Positions 1 through 8,176 of a stretch of DNA of 17,265 nt are shown one piece after another. The notes under the pieces were generated by a model. That model was not told the origin of the DNA, made no database searches, and saw only the letters and a program-made list of their open reading frames with translations. The DNA is from Candidatus Thorarchaeota archaeon. Its GTDB lineage: Archaea > Asgardarchaeota > Thorarchaeia > Thorarchaeales > Thorarchaeaceae. The position numbers and the translations under genes were made by a program. Positions within the stretch are counted from its first letter, which is position 1. The number at the start of each line of letters is the position of its first letter. The stretch spans positions 1-17,265 of the forward strand of contig JAOUFI010000049.1 of the NCBI GenBank assembly GCA_029858305.1, given 5' to 3'.

Positions 1-435
1 ACGAGGCATGAGAACTTTTTGTGCAATCTCAGCAGCACAATAGTCATGGTTTATCTTCAGTACTGGATTATTTGGGAGTGAAAGAATAGCTTTGATTGAT
101 TTTTCAGACCATTGATGGTGATCAAGCCATACTACACGACAACCCTGAGATATCGCTCTTGATAGGCCTTTGATTACGACTTCTTGAGTGGTTTCATCCA
201 TACCTAGATCGGTTATCACAATCAATGTTTCACGACGTGAAGCTACACCTGAGAAGACTTGCTCAAAAGCCCCATAGTCTGTAAGATTTACACTAAACTG
301 AAGTCCTTTGGACATAGCATATCTCCAAACGATAGCGGCGGAATTCAAACCATCAACGTCTTTATCGTGAGAGATTGAGAGGAGTGAGTTTATCCTCTTG
401 ACTTCTGCAGATTCAACGCCCTGTCCTTCAGACAT
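1..435 (-). CDS. DHH-family phosphoesterase (RecJ/NrnA-like), runs off the left edge
   Basis: Not in the ORF track. Manual translation from ATG 435-433 gives MSEGQGVESAEVKRINSLLSISHDKDVDGLNSAAIV...LIVITDLG...RVVWLDHHQW..., showing the DHH motifs HxDxDG, TD and DHH. The frame is open to position 1. Confidence 0.9.
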   Translation of the reverse strand, partial: MSEGQGVESAEVKRINSLLSISHDKDVDGLNSAAIVWRYAMSKGLQFSVNLTDYGAFEQVFSGVASRRETLIVITDLGMDETTQEVVIKGLSRAISQGCRVVWLDHHQWSEKSIKAILSLPNNPVLKINHDYCAAEIAQKVLMPR

Positions 436-535
436 TTTATATTCATTCTATGGTTGGAAATGCCCCTTTTTTCTCTTCTGGAAAATACCCAGAAATACGA
501 AAGTGTTTTGTGATGCGCTGTAGAATGATGACAGG

Positions 536-2395
536 ATGAACGACTCGGAACGCAAGACCATGATGAGCGGCAATGAAGCAATTGCTCAAGGAGCACTAGA
601 GTCGGGGATTGGTTTTTGTGCATCTTATCCTGGGACTCCATCTACTGAGATTACAGCATCGCTGTTCAAGTTCACCGAGAAATACGATATTTATGTAGAG
701 TGGAGTACAAATGAGAAAGTTGCACTTGAAGCTGCAACAGGTGCGAGCTGGGCGGGGATTCCTGCATTATGTCCCATGAAATCCCTTGGTCTAAATGTCG
801 CTTCCGATTTCCTTCTAAATATGAATCTCTCAGGTTCAGGGAAGGGAGGTCTTGTCATCGTGGTGTGTGACGACCCGAGAGGACATAGTTCTAGCAACGA
901 ACAAGATTCTAGATTCTATGCTAAGGCAGCTCAGATTCCACTCTTGGAACCTTCAACATATCAAGATGCAAAGGATGCTACGAAATACGCATTCAAGATT
1001 TCACAACAGTTCGAAGTGCCAGTTATGGTGAGAAGCACTACAAGACTCTCTCACTCAAGAGGATTAGTCGAAACAGGAAAGATTTCAAAGAGAAAGAAAA
1101 GGGCGGGCGCACTGCCTCAGAGATTGTACAATGTGCCAACGCCACATCTAAGGCACAGAGATCTTTTGGTGAAAATGGAGAGAATTAGAGAAGAGTTCGA
1201 AACCGTGGACCTAAACATAAACTCCAATCCTAAACACACAGACCTCCTAGTGATCTCGTCTGGTGTCAGTTCGTTATATGTGCAAGATGCGCTACAATTT
1301 CTAAATTCTATGAACGTTGGACTCTTGAATTTGGTGACAACATATCCATTACCAAAAAAGAGCGTATCTGGACTACTTGAGAAGACTAATGATGTTCTCT
1401 TCGTTGAAGAAATAGATCCATTTCTAGAAGACGAGGTTCGAATGCTTTCAGGTGACCTGAAGAAGTCACCAAGATTTCATGGTAAACGAACAGGTCTTAT
1501 CCCGAGCTTTGGAGAGATGAACACAGACATAGTTAGGAAAGCTCTTTCACAGCTTAACGGAACTAAAGCAGAACTTCCGACTCCAACTCCTTCCATGGGT
1601 AGAGAACTCCTAGTAAAGAGACCTCTTACCTTCTGTGCAGGTTGTACACATCGTAATTTCTACTGGGCAATTAGGAAGGTGAAAAAGAGATTAAATGAAA
1701 AATTGGTCGTTGCAGGAGATATTGGATGCTATTCATTGGGTGTGTTCTACGACGAGGCTATGAACACTATGCAAGCAATGGGTTCTGGAATTGGAGTAGC
1801 ATCTGGCCTGGGGCAACTTGAGAGATTCGGGTTTGATTCAAAGGTTGTATCAGTAGCTGGAGATTCCACATTCTTTCATGCATGTTTGCCAGGACTGATC
1901 AATGCACGGCATAAAAATGCGAATCTTACCTTTATTGTGCTTGATAATGCCACCACTGCAATGACAGGATTCCAAACACATCCAGGTTCGCGCTATCAGG
2001 AACAAGCGCTCAGAAGAGTAAGAATAGAAGACCTTGTTAAAGCCGTCCAACCAGATTTCTATGCCACTGCAGATGCTAACGATACGAAGGGGCTCATTGA
2101 GCTCCTTCATTCAACTATCATAAAAGATGGTTTGAAAGTTTTGCTCCTAGACAGCATATGCAGACTTGACGAAGATCAGAGAGATTCTACACTTACAGAT
2201 GTTCATTTCAAGATAGATGCAGATCTTTGCAGAGGCGAGAAGTGTAGAATTTGTTTTGCGGATTTTGGCTGTCCGGCTATCAATTGGAGTAGTACAAGCA
2301 ACCAAGCAATCATAATGGATGCGATATGTGTTGGATGTGGAGCCTGCGTGGATGTTTGTCCTCATGATGCTATCAAGGAGGAGCGATTATCATGA
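536..2395 (+). CDS. iorA: Indolepyruvate:ferredoxin oxidoreductase alpha subunit
   Basis: GNEAIAQG, YPGTPSTE, EWSTNEKVA, MKSLGLNVASD, DDP..HSSSNEQDSR, FCAGCTHR, GDIGCY, the TPP-binding GDSTFFH..LDN motif and a C-terminal ferredoxin motif CVGCGACVDVCP. Confidence 0.95.
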   Translation: MNDSERKTMMSGNEAIAQGALESGIGFCASYPGTPSTEITASLFKFTEKYDIYVEWSTNEKVALEAATGASWAGIPALCPMKSLGLNVASDFLLNMNLSGSGKGGLVIVVCDDPRGHSSSNEQDSRFYAKAAQIPLLEPSTYQDAKDATKYAFKISQQFEVPVMVRSTTRLSHSRGLVETGKISKRKKRAGALPQRLYNVPTPHLRHRDLLVKMERIREEFETVDLNINSNPKHTDLLVISSGVSSLYVQDALQFLNSMNVGLLNLVTTYPLPKKSVSGLLEKTNDVLFVEEIDPFLEDEVRMLSGDLKKSPRFHGKRTGLIPSFGEMNTDIVRKALSQLNGTKAELPTPTPSMGRELLVKRPLTFCAGCTHRNFYWAIRKVKKRLNEKLVVAGDIGCYSLGVFYDEAMNTMQAMGSGIGVASGLGQLERFGFDSKVVSVAGDSTFFHACLPGLINARHKNANLTFIVLDNATTAMTGFQTHPGSRYQEQALRRVRIEDLVKAVQPDFYATADANDTKGLIELLHSTIIKDGLKVLLLDSICRLDEDQRDSTLTDVHFKIDADLCRGEKCRICFADFGCPAINWSSTSNQAIIMDAICVGCGACVDVCPHDAIKEERLS

Positions 2396-2985
2396 GAGAA
2401 CCCTTCAACATACTTGTGGCAGGCGTGGGGGGCCAGGGAAACCTTGTATGTGGGCGCGTTCTAGCAGAAGCAGCAATACAACAAGGTTTACGACCTGTTG
2501 TCGGCGACACCTTCGGTGCATCACGACGGGGAGGCAGTGTTCTGACTCATCTTCGAATTGGAACTAGAGATTGGGCTCCCTTAATACCTCAAGGAGAGGT
2601 CGATATCCTACTTGGATTAGAGCCGATGGAGGCACTCCGAGCTGCTGTTGAGTATGCAGGAAAGCGGACCATAGCACTGGTCAGTCTAACAGAGGTACCA
2701 ACGGCGAATGTCAACTCTGGAGAGAGAGTATATCCACCACTCACAAAGGTTTCAGCATCGCTCGCAGAGCATTGCAAGCAAGTGTATATGCTTGATGCAG
2801 AGTCAGCACTTCTCCGAGCTGGTTCACCTCGTGCACTTAATTCGTTCCTCTTGGGTTCACTATCTGCTCTTACTGAGAATCCTCTCTCTCAGGACCTGAT
2901 ACGAAAGGCGCTCTATACGACTCTGGGTCGTGACACAATCAATGTCACTGCCTTTGAGGAGGGTGTAGCAGCACTTCATCAGTGA
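2392..2985 (+). CDS. iorB: Indolepyruvate:ferredoxin oxidoreductase beta subunit
   Basis: AGVGGQG, G.SRRGGSV..HLR, LEPMEALR and NSFLLG motifs. ATGA overlap with iorA. Confidence 0.93.
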   Translation: MREPFNILVAGVGGQGNLVCGRVLAEAAIQQGLRPVVGDTFGASRRGGSVLTHLRIGTRDWAPLIPQGEVDILLGLEPMEALRAAVEYAGKRTIALVSLTEVPTANVNSGERVYPPLTKVSASLAEHCKQVYMLDAESALLRAGSPRALNSFLLGSLSALTENPLSQDLIRKALYTTLGRDTINVTAFEEGVAALHQ

Positions 2986-3090
2986 TGATGTTTTGACAAT
3001 ATCATTTTTATCGACCTTTTTTCAAGCCTGAAGATAGGTAGGATACTAGAATGACTCAAATCTCGTAACTGAATTGAGGGATATTGAAAT

Positions 3091-3981
3091 ATGGATAGAG
3101 AAAAAAAGACAAAGTCTGAGAAGAACGTTTCATTATCTGAACTCATAGATGATTTTGTAGATTTGGATGTTACAGAGGACCCTAGAAAAGTCACTGGTTT
3201 GACTGATGAGGATTATGTCAACATGATGCTCAGGAAGGAAGCAAGAAGAAAATTAGATAAATCATCAGCTAGGAACAATCTGTCAACATCAGAAAGACCA
3301 ATTAAAACGAGTACTGCAACTGAAGAAATCTCTAAGAGTTGTCAGAATTGTTTTTACTGTGCCCATGTTGTAAAACTCGACGACACTCTACTCTGTGCTT
3401 GCACAAACAGTGAGCGAGAGCATGAAACCGCATACTCAAATAAATGGTGGGTGATTGGTCAGGACAATCCCCGATGCTGGAAAAATCCCCCTAAGAGTGA
3501 ACTCGATGCCATGCAACGACTCAATATTGATCATGCATCAGAATCAGACCAAACGAGGGATAGGGGAGATGGTCAACTCGACAAGGTGGATTCAATTCTA
3601 CTAGGTGCAGGTAAACCTAAAACCTCAAGTGAATCCATCAAAGCCTCAGAACAAGCTCCAGAAACTGTGGCGGCAGTAGAATTCCTACGAGATGAACTGA
3701 GATTGAGTTCTTCAAGAAAAACGGCACTTGAGACCCTTAAGAAATATCGAAAAGATGCTCCGATAGCGAAAGAAAAAATAAAAGAGCAGCCAATTGTGTC
3801 TGAGAAGATATCTCCTGTGAGAAGATGCCAGAACTGTTATTTTTGCGTAGCAGAGCGTACTTTAAGCGGTTCTTGTTGGTGTCACTGTTCAAATCCAGGT
3901 AGGTCTATTGAAGCAATTCCTGGAAAACCATGGGTCAAGAGCAAACTAAATCTCCCTTGCTGGAAAGCTATGCAGCACTAA
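3091..3981 (+). CDS. Hypothetical protein with two copies of a six-cysteine (putative metal-binding) domain
   Basis: 296-aa ORF. Repeats CQNCFYC..CACTN..WV..N..CWK (3340-3483) and CQNCYFC..CHCSN..WV..N..CWK (3826-3966) are separated by a charged low-complexity linker. Confidence 0.8.
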   Translation: MDREKKTKSEKNVSLSELIDDFVDLDVTEDPRKVTGLTDEDYVNMMLRKEARRKLDKSSARNNLSTSERPIKTSTATEEISKSCQNCFYCAHVVKLDDTLLCACTNSEREHETAYSNKWWVIGQDNPRCWKNPPKSELDAMQRLNIDHASESDQTRDRGDGQLDKVDSILLGAGKPKTSSESIKASEQAPETVAAVEFLRDELRLSSSRKTALETLKKYRKDAPIAKEKIKEQPIVSEKISPVRRCQNCYFCVAERTLSGSCWCHCSNPGRSIEAIPGKPWVKSKLNLPCWKAMQH

Positions 3982-3982
3982 T

Positions 3983-6298
3983 CTATATCTCCGACTTCCG
4001 GCCTTCCTGGATTCTTCTAGCTTCGCGCCACATGACCTCAGCAAGGACCGAGAACATATCAGCCACACCATCACCAGTCTTCGCAGAACTCTCCATATAG
4101 ACAAAACCTTGGTCTTCAGCCCAGCGTTTAGCTTCATCAGAGGGCACTGCTCTGTCAGGAAGGTCAGTCTTATTCCCAACGCAGACTGTAGGCACACGCG
4201 CTCCGATGGACTCGTCAGCCTCCTGAACCCACTTAGATAACTCTGTGAATGAACGTCGTCGGGTGACATCAAATACGAGAATTACTCCTGCTGCGCCTGA
4301 ATAGTACATCTTGCGCACTGCCTTGAATCGGGCCTGGCCTGCCACGTCCCATGCTTGGATCTTAATTCCGGTTGAATAATCAGCATCAGTAGGTGATATG
4401 TGTGCGAGTTTCACAGCGAACTGAGATCCGATTGTAGTCTTGTAATCCCGCTCAAAAGTTCCAGTGACGTATCGGTTAACCAGAGTAGTCTTTCCGACTG
4501 CACCTTCGCCAATGACCATCAGTTTGAATAGATATTGATAGGAATCTGGAGCGGATCCGGGTCTTGGCGGCTTGGGTCGTCTGTTCCGAATCTCTGTGAC
4601 GATTGCGCTCTCAGTGTCACTGATGTCAACAATAACAGGGGTCACGACAGGAGCGGGTTCCGCCATGAGTTTCTCAACATCATCGAATTCAGCCATACCC
4701 TCAGCAGTTTCATCTGTTCCAAATAGCTGGTCAAGTAGTTCTTCTGCAGCCCGGAGTGACTCAGCGCTGCCCTCGGGCATAGTTTGCTCAAGTATCTTTG
4801 CAGCAGCCTCTTTCTGTGCAATATCTTTGAACCCAGTTCCAACGATGGGACCAAAGGGTGACTCTTCTTCGATAATGGTTTCTGCTGCTGGTACTGTATC
4901 AGTGGGTTCGATAGGAACAGGAGCAATTGCGGCAGGGGCTGCAACAGCTGCCCCTTTCTCAACAAGAATGGCAGTTTCAGGTGTCGTGACCTGTCGGACC
5001 TGTCCCGTAGCATCAGTCCACATCAGGACGATTGGACGAACGATGACAGTTCCTTCTGCCTTTGGTGTGAGTTGAATCTCGATGTTCTTATTTTCACCAG
5101 CTGCGAGATCGAATCGCAACTGCTGTGGCTCGACATCCATATTATCCTTAGGAAAGTGATAGATCTTGCCAGAGATGCCATTCACTGCCTCATCACTGAC
5201 ATTATAGACTGTGACCTTTCCTCGGAGAGCGGTCCCAGTCTTAGCCTCGGGACTGACTTCAAAGGTTGGAATAATCTTGTAAAGACCTTGAATGATTTTG
5301 AGAGGACCATTGGAAACACCGACCTGAACCTCTTTTCGTCCATCACCTCCAGCGTCTCCAACATTAATCGCGAGGATCTTTTGTCCAATATCTACTTCCG
5401 CGAGGTGTATAAGGTCGGCCATGTAAAGACTATAGAAACGTATTTTGTGGTTTGTCGTGGCGACAACTATTTCATCCATGTGATCCGCGTTAAGCTCCTC
5501 GACTCGTACAGAGAGAGCATTCACATTTTCAAGCTTTGAAAAGAGATCGAATCTACTTTCTTCATTACGATAGACACGGATTGAGCCATCACGTGTAACG
5601 ACAGCCAACTCCATTTTCCTGTCTCCAAGGATATCGCCTGAAGCCAAAGAAACGATAGGACTAGGCAGCTCGAGAACTTCAATCTGTTCAAGAGAATGGT
5701 TCCGGACCTTAAAGATTCTTAGAGTGTTATCCCTATTGCCTGTGACTATCTCATCAATCTCATCACCGATGACGTCGCAAGTACCGATTGCGAGAGGCAT
5801 ATCATCAAGACGATGCATAGCAAATTGAGTCAGTTTATTCTGAGTGTCCATATCGAGGATTCGCAGAGTGGAATCACTACCACCAACAATAATCTCATTC
5901 TTCTCATCGCCGGTCACATCAGTCACACAAACCGTTGTAACAAACCGGTCCACAGCATACTCACCAAGAAGCTCAAGCCTACCACTTGGAGCATACCTGA
6001 AAACCTGCACTGTGCCATCTTTTCCCGGTGTTTCTTTTTGTCCTAAGGCACGACCAATGATTATCTCCATCTGTCCGTCGTTATTTGCATCAGCTATCGT
6101 GATGGATAGGATACTTCCACCCACATCATGTTGGGCAAGCAATACAATCTCAGCACGGTTAGCATCATACAGACGAATGACACCGTCTCGTCCGCCTGTA
6201 CAAAGCTCGATTGTTCCGCCGCCAGTGACATCACCGACAGCAATAGCACTTGTGCTCTCGTCATCTTCTATTTCGAATAGTATTTTTGGCGAATCCAA
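3983..6298 (-). CDS. Multidomain protein: FG-GAP-type 7-bladed beta-propeller + Ig/appendage-like domain + acidic linker + C-terminal Rab-like small GTPase
   Basis: Seven D-x-x-G-D-x-x-x-E-hydrophobic-like repeats in aa 1-338 and a beta-rich domain at aa ~340-447. GTPase motifs G1 GEGAVGKT, G2 TIG, G3 WDVAGQ, G4 NKTD and G5 SAK. TTG start preceded by GGAAGGT. Confidence 0.92.
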   Translation of the reverse strand: MDSPKILFEIEDDESTSAIAVGDVTGGGTIELCTGGRDGVIRLYDANRAEIVLLAQHDVGGSILSITIADANNDGQMEIIIGRALGQKETPGKDGTVQVFRYAPSGRLELLGEYAVDRFVTTVCVTDVTGDEKNEIIVGGSDSTLRILDMDTQNKLTQFAMHRLDDMPLAIGTCDVIGDEIDEIVTGNRDNTLRIFKVRNHSLEQIEVLELPSPIVSLASGDILGDRKMELAVVTRDGSIRVYRNEESRFDLFSKLENVNALSVRVEELNADHMDEIVVATTNHKIRFYSLYMADLIHLAEVDIGQKILAINVGDAGGDGRKEVQVGVSNGPLKIIQGLYKIIPTFEVSPEAKTGTALRGKVTVYNVSDEAVNGISGKIYHFPKDNMDVEPQQLRFDLAAGENKNIEIQLTPKAEGTVIVRPIVLMWTDATGQVRQVTTPETAILVEKGAAVAAPAAIAPVPIEPTDTVPAAETIIEEESPFGPIVGTGFKDIAQKEAAAKILEQTMPEGSAESLRAAEELLDQLFGTDETAEGMAEFDDVEKLMAEPAPVVTPVIVDISDTESAIVTEIRNRRPKPPRPGSAPDSYQYLFKLMVIGEGAVGKTTLVNRYVTGTFERDYKTTIGSQFAVKLAHISPTDADYSTGIKIQAWDVAGQARFKAVRKMYYSGAAGVILVFDVTRRRSFTELSKWVQEADESIGARVPTVCVGNKTDLPDRAVPSDEAKRWAEDQGFVYMESSAKTGDGVADMFSVLAEVMWREARRIQEGRKSEI

Positions 6299-6477
6299 CG
6301 ATGTTACCTTCCGACTCGTGTATATTGCATTGTATCTTTTTGGAAGTACAATTAAATCTAGATACGTGTACTTACTCTCCTCATCAGGGGCCTTTTTTTA
6401 CTTTGTGCGCTCAGCCTCCCCCTGCAGAATTCCCATTTAGAGCGTAGTATTTAACAGATATCGAATACAAAGCAAGA

Positions 6478-7290
6478 GTGGTAGCTAAAATGTTGTCCAA
6501 GCTCTCGGTCCGAAATCTTGTAAAGGCATACCCAAACGGTAACTCTGGTATAACTCAGGTCTTGGATAGTATATCGTTTGATGTATCCGAAGGAGAACTC
6601 CTGAGCGTTCTTGGACCGAGTGGATGTGGCAAGACAACACTCTTGAAAATAATTGCAGGGCTATTGGAGCCTGATGATGGTCAAATCATCGTAGAAGGTC
6701 AACAGGTCGAAACTGGTCATAATCGGGTAGGCTATATTTTTCAACAAGAATCACTATTTCCTTGGAGAACTGTACGGCAAAATGTTGAGTTTGGTTTAGA
6801 AGTCAAAGGAGTATCTCCAGAGGAGCGAAGAAGGAGGTCAGATGATATCATCAAAATCGTGGGTATGGAAGGTTTTGAGAACCATTTTCCCCATGAGATA
6901 TCAGGAGGTCAAGCTAGAAAGACAGAGATGGCGCGTAGCTTGGTAGTTTCTCCAGACATCCTGGTTGCTGATGAAGCCTTCTCGAATCTAGATGCACAGA
7001 CAAGGAACTATCTTCAGGAGGAATTTCTCAGGATTCAGGGATTGACGGGGTCTACTATTGTGTTTGTTTCGCACAATGTGGATGAGGCAGTCTTCATGTC
7101 AGACCGGATTCTTATGCTTAGCAACCGACCTGCAAGAATCATTGCTGAATACAAGATTGACATCCCCAAACCACGGGTAAGAACTTCACAGGAGTGCCTA
7201 GCATATAGGAGTAAGATTCTGGACATTCTCCGTGTTGAACAACAGAAGGCCATGAGTGAATCTAAACTGAAACCGACTGTCTCCACCTGA
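6478..7290 (+). CDS. NitT/TauT-family ABC transporter ATP-binding protein
   Basis: Walker A GPSGCGKTT, Q-loop FQQESLFPWRTV, signature ISGGQ, Walker B ADEAFSNLDAQTR and H-loop SHNVDEA. The start may instead be ATG 6490. Confidence 0.93.
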   Translation: MVAKMLSKLSVRNLVKAYPNGNSGITQVLDSISFDVSEGELLSVLGPSGCGKTTLLKIIAGLLEPDDGQIIVEGQQVETGHNRVGYIFQQESLFPWRTVRQNVEFGLEVKGVSPEERRRRSDDIIKIVGMEGFENHFPHEISGGQARKTEMARSLVVSPDILVADEAFSNLDAQTRNYLQEEFLRIQGLTGSTIVFVSHNVDEAVFMSDRILMLSNRPARIIAEYKIDIPKPRVRTSQECLAYRSKILDILRVEQQKAMSESKLKPTVST

Positions 7291-8131
7291 GCAGGTATCT
7301 CTCAATAAAGAGAAAGAAGTAGCTGATTAGAAAACCGATTAGACCAATTAGGAACATACTTGCAATAACTGCACCAGTACGTCCTACCTGCTGCATGATA
7401 AGAACCAGATAGCCAAGCCCGAGCCCTCCCCCGATCATTTCGGCTGCTACAAGACACATCCAGCCAATCCCAAAACCTATTCGAAGCCCAGCAAACACCT
7501 CTGGTCCTGATGAAGGAATCACCACTTTGGAGAGAATCTGCAATTCACTTGCGCCAAAAGTCTTGGCAGCGTCAATATGCACAGGTTCGGTTCGCTTAAC
7601 TCCCGTTGTGGTATTGATGAGAATAGGAAAGAAAGCTCCGACCCAGATAATGAACACTTGAGCACCTAACATGTTTGTTCTGAAAAGCAGTATCGCCAGA
7701 GGAATCCATGCAATGGGAGGAATAGGACGCATTGCCTCAACAACCGGTCCAAGAATAGAGTCGAACAGATGATATCTTCCTATCATGATTCCGAGTGGTA
7801 TAGCTGTAGCAGATGCAAAGACAAAACCAAGGGTCACTCTTGTGAGGCTCATTTGGACATGTTCTGAAAGGAGGTGACCATCACTATCACCAATGGTTGC
7901 CAGACGATAAAAGGCATCAAAAACATCTGTCAGCGATGATTGTGCAAGGAGTGAAATAAATTGCCAGAGCACAATGAGTATGATTGCGGGTATAAGGAGT
8001 TTGAAGAGAACCCATCGAGGGATGTTTTTAGGAATAAGCCATTGAAATATATGTCTAGGATCTTTCTGCTCATCACTTGTTTGTGTTTGCTGAGTTTCTG
8101 AATCCGATTCGGTAAGGGACATTCTACTCAA
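7262..8131 (-). CDS. NitT/TauT-family ABC transporter permease
   Basis: SLTRV..GF, RPIPPIAWIPL, EAA-loop DAAKTFGAS, W..LVAAEM..GLG and several transmembrane segments. Confidence 0.93.
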   Translation of the reverse strand: MSRMSLTESDSETQQTQTSDEQKDPRHIFQWLIPKNIPRWVLFKLLIPAIILIVLWQFISLLAQSSLTDVFDAFYRLATIGDSDGHLLSEHVQMSLTRVTLGFVFASATAIPLGIMIGRYHLFDSILGPVVEAMRPIPPIAWIPLAILLFRTNMLGAQVFIIWVGAFFPILINTTTGVKRTEPVHIDAAKTFGASELQILSKVVIPSSGPEVFAGLRIGFGIGWMCLVAAEMIGGGLGLGYLVLIMQQVGRTGAVIASMFLIGLIGFLISYFFLFIERYLLRWRQSVSV

Positions 8132-8176
8132 GTTCGTTTGATGCTGCCGTGCTTTTCTGTCTACCGTTTATTGGTC

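Noticed and set aside
476-494. Short inverted repeat TTCTGG-N7-CCAGAA between the DHH gene and iorA
   Set aside because: 6-bp arms are within chance expectation and it does not resemble the por palindrome.
390-641. 83-aa minus-strand ORF
   Set aside because: It overlaps iorA antisense and the true DHH gene start in another frame, and has no motifs.
3983-6298. Calling the fusion an integrin or a Roco protein
   Set aside because: It has no signal peptide or TM (not an integrin), and no COR domain or LRRs; the protein ends about 30 aa after G5.
4572-6440. Long plus-strand ORFs (167, 155 and 198 aa) opposite the propeller-Rab gene
   Set aside because: These are antisense shadows with Ser/Ile-rich, motif-free translations.
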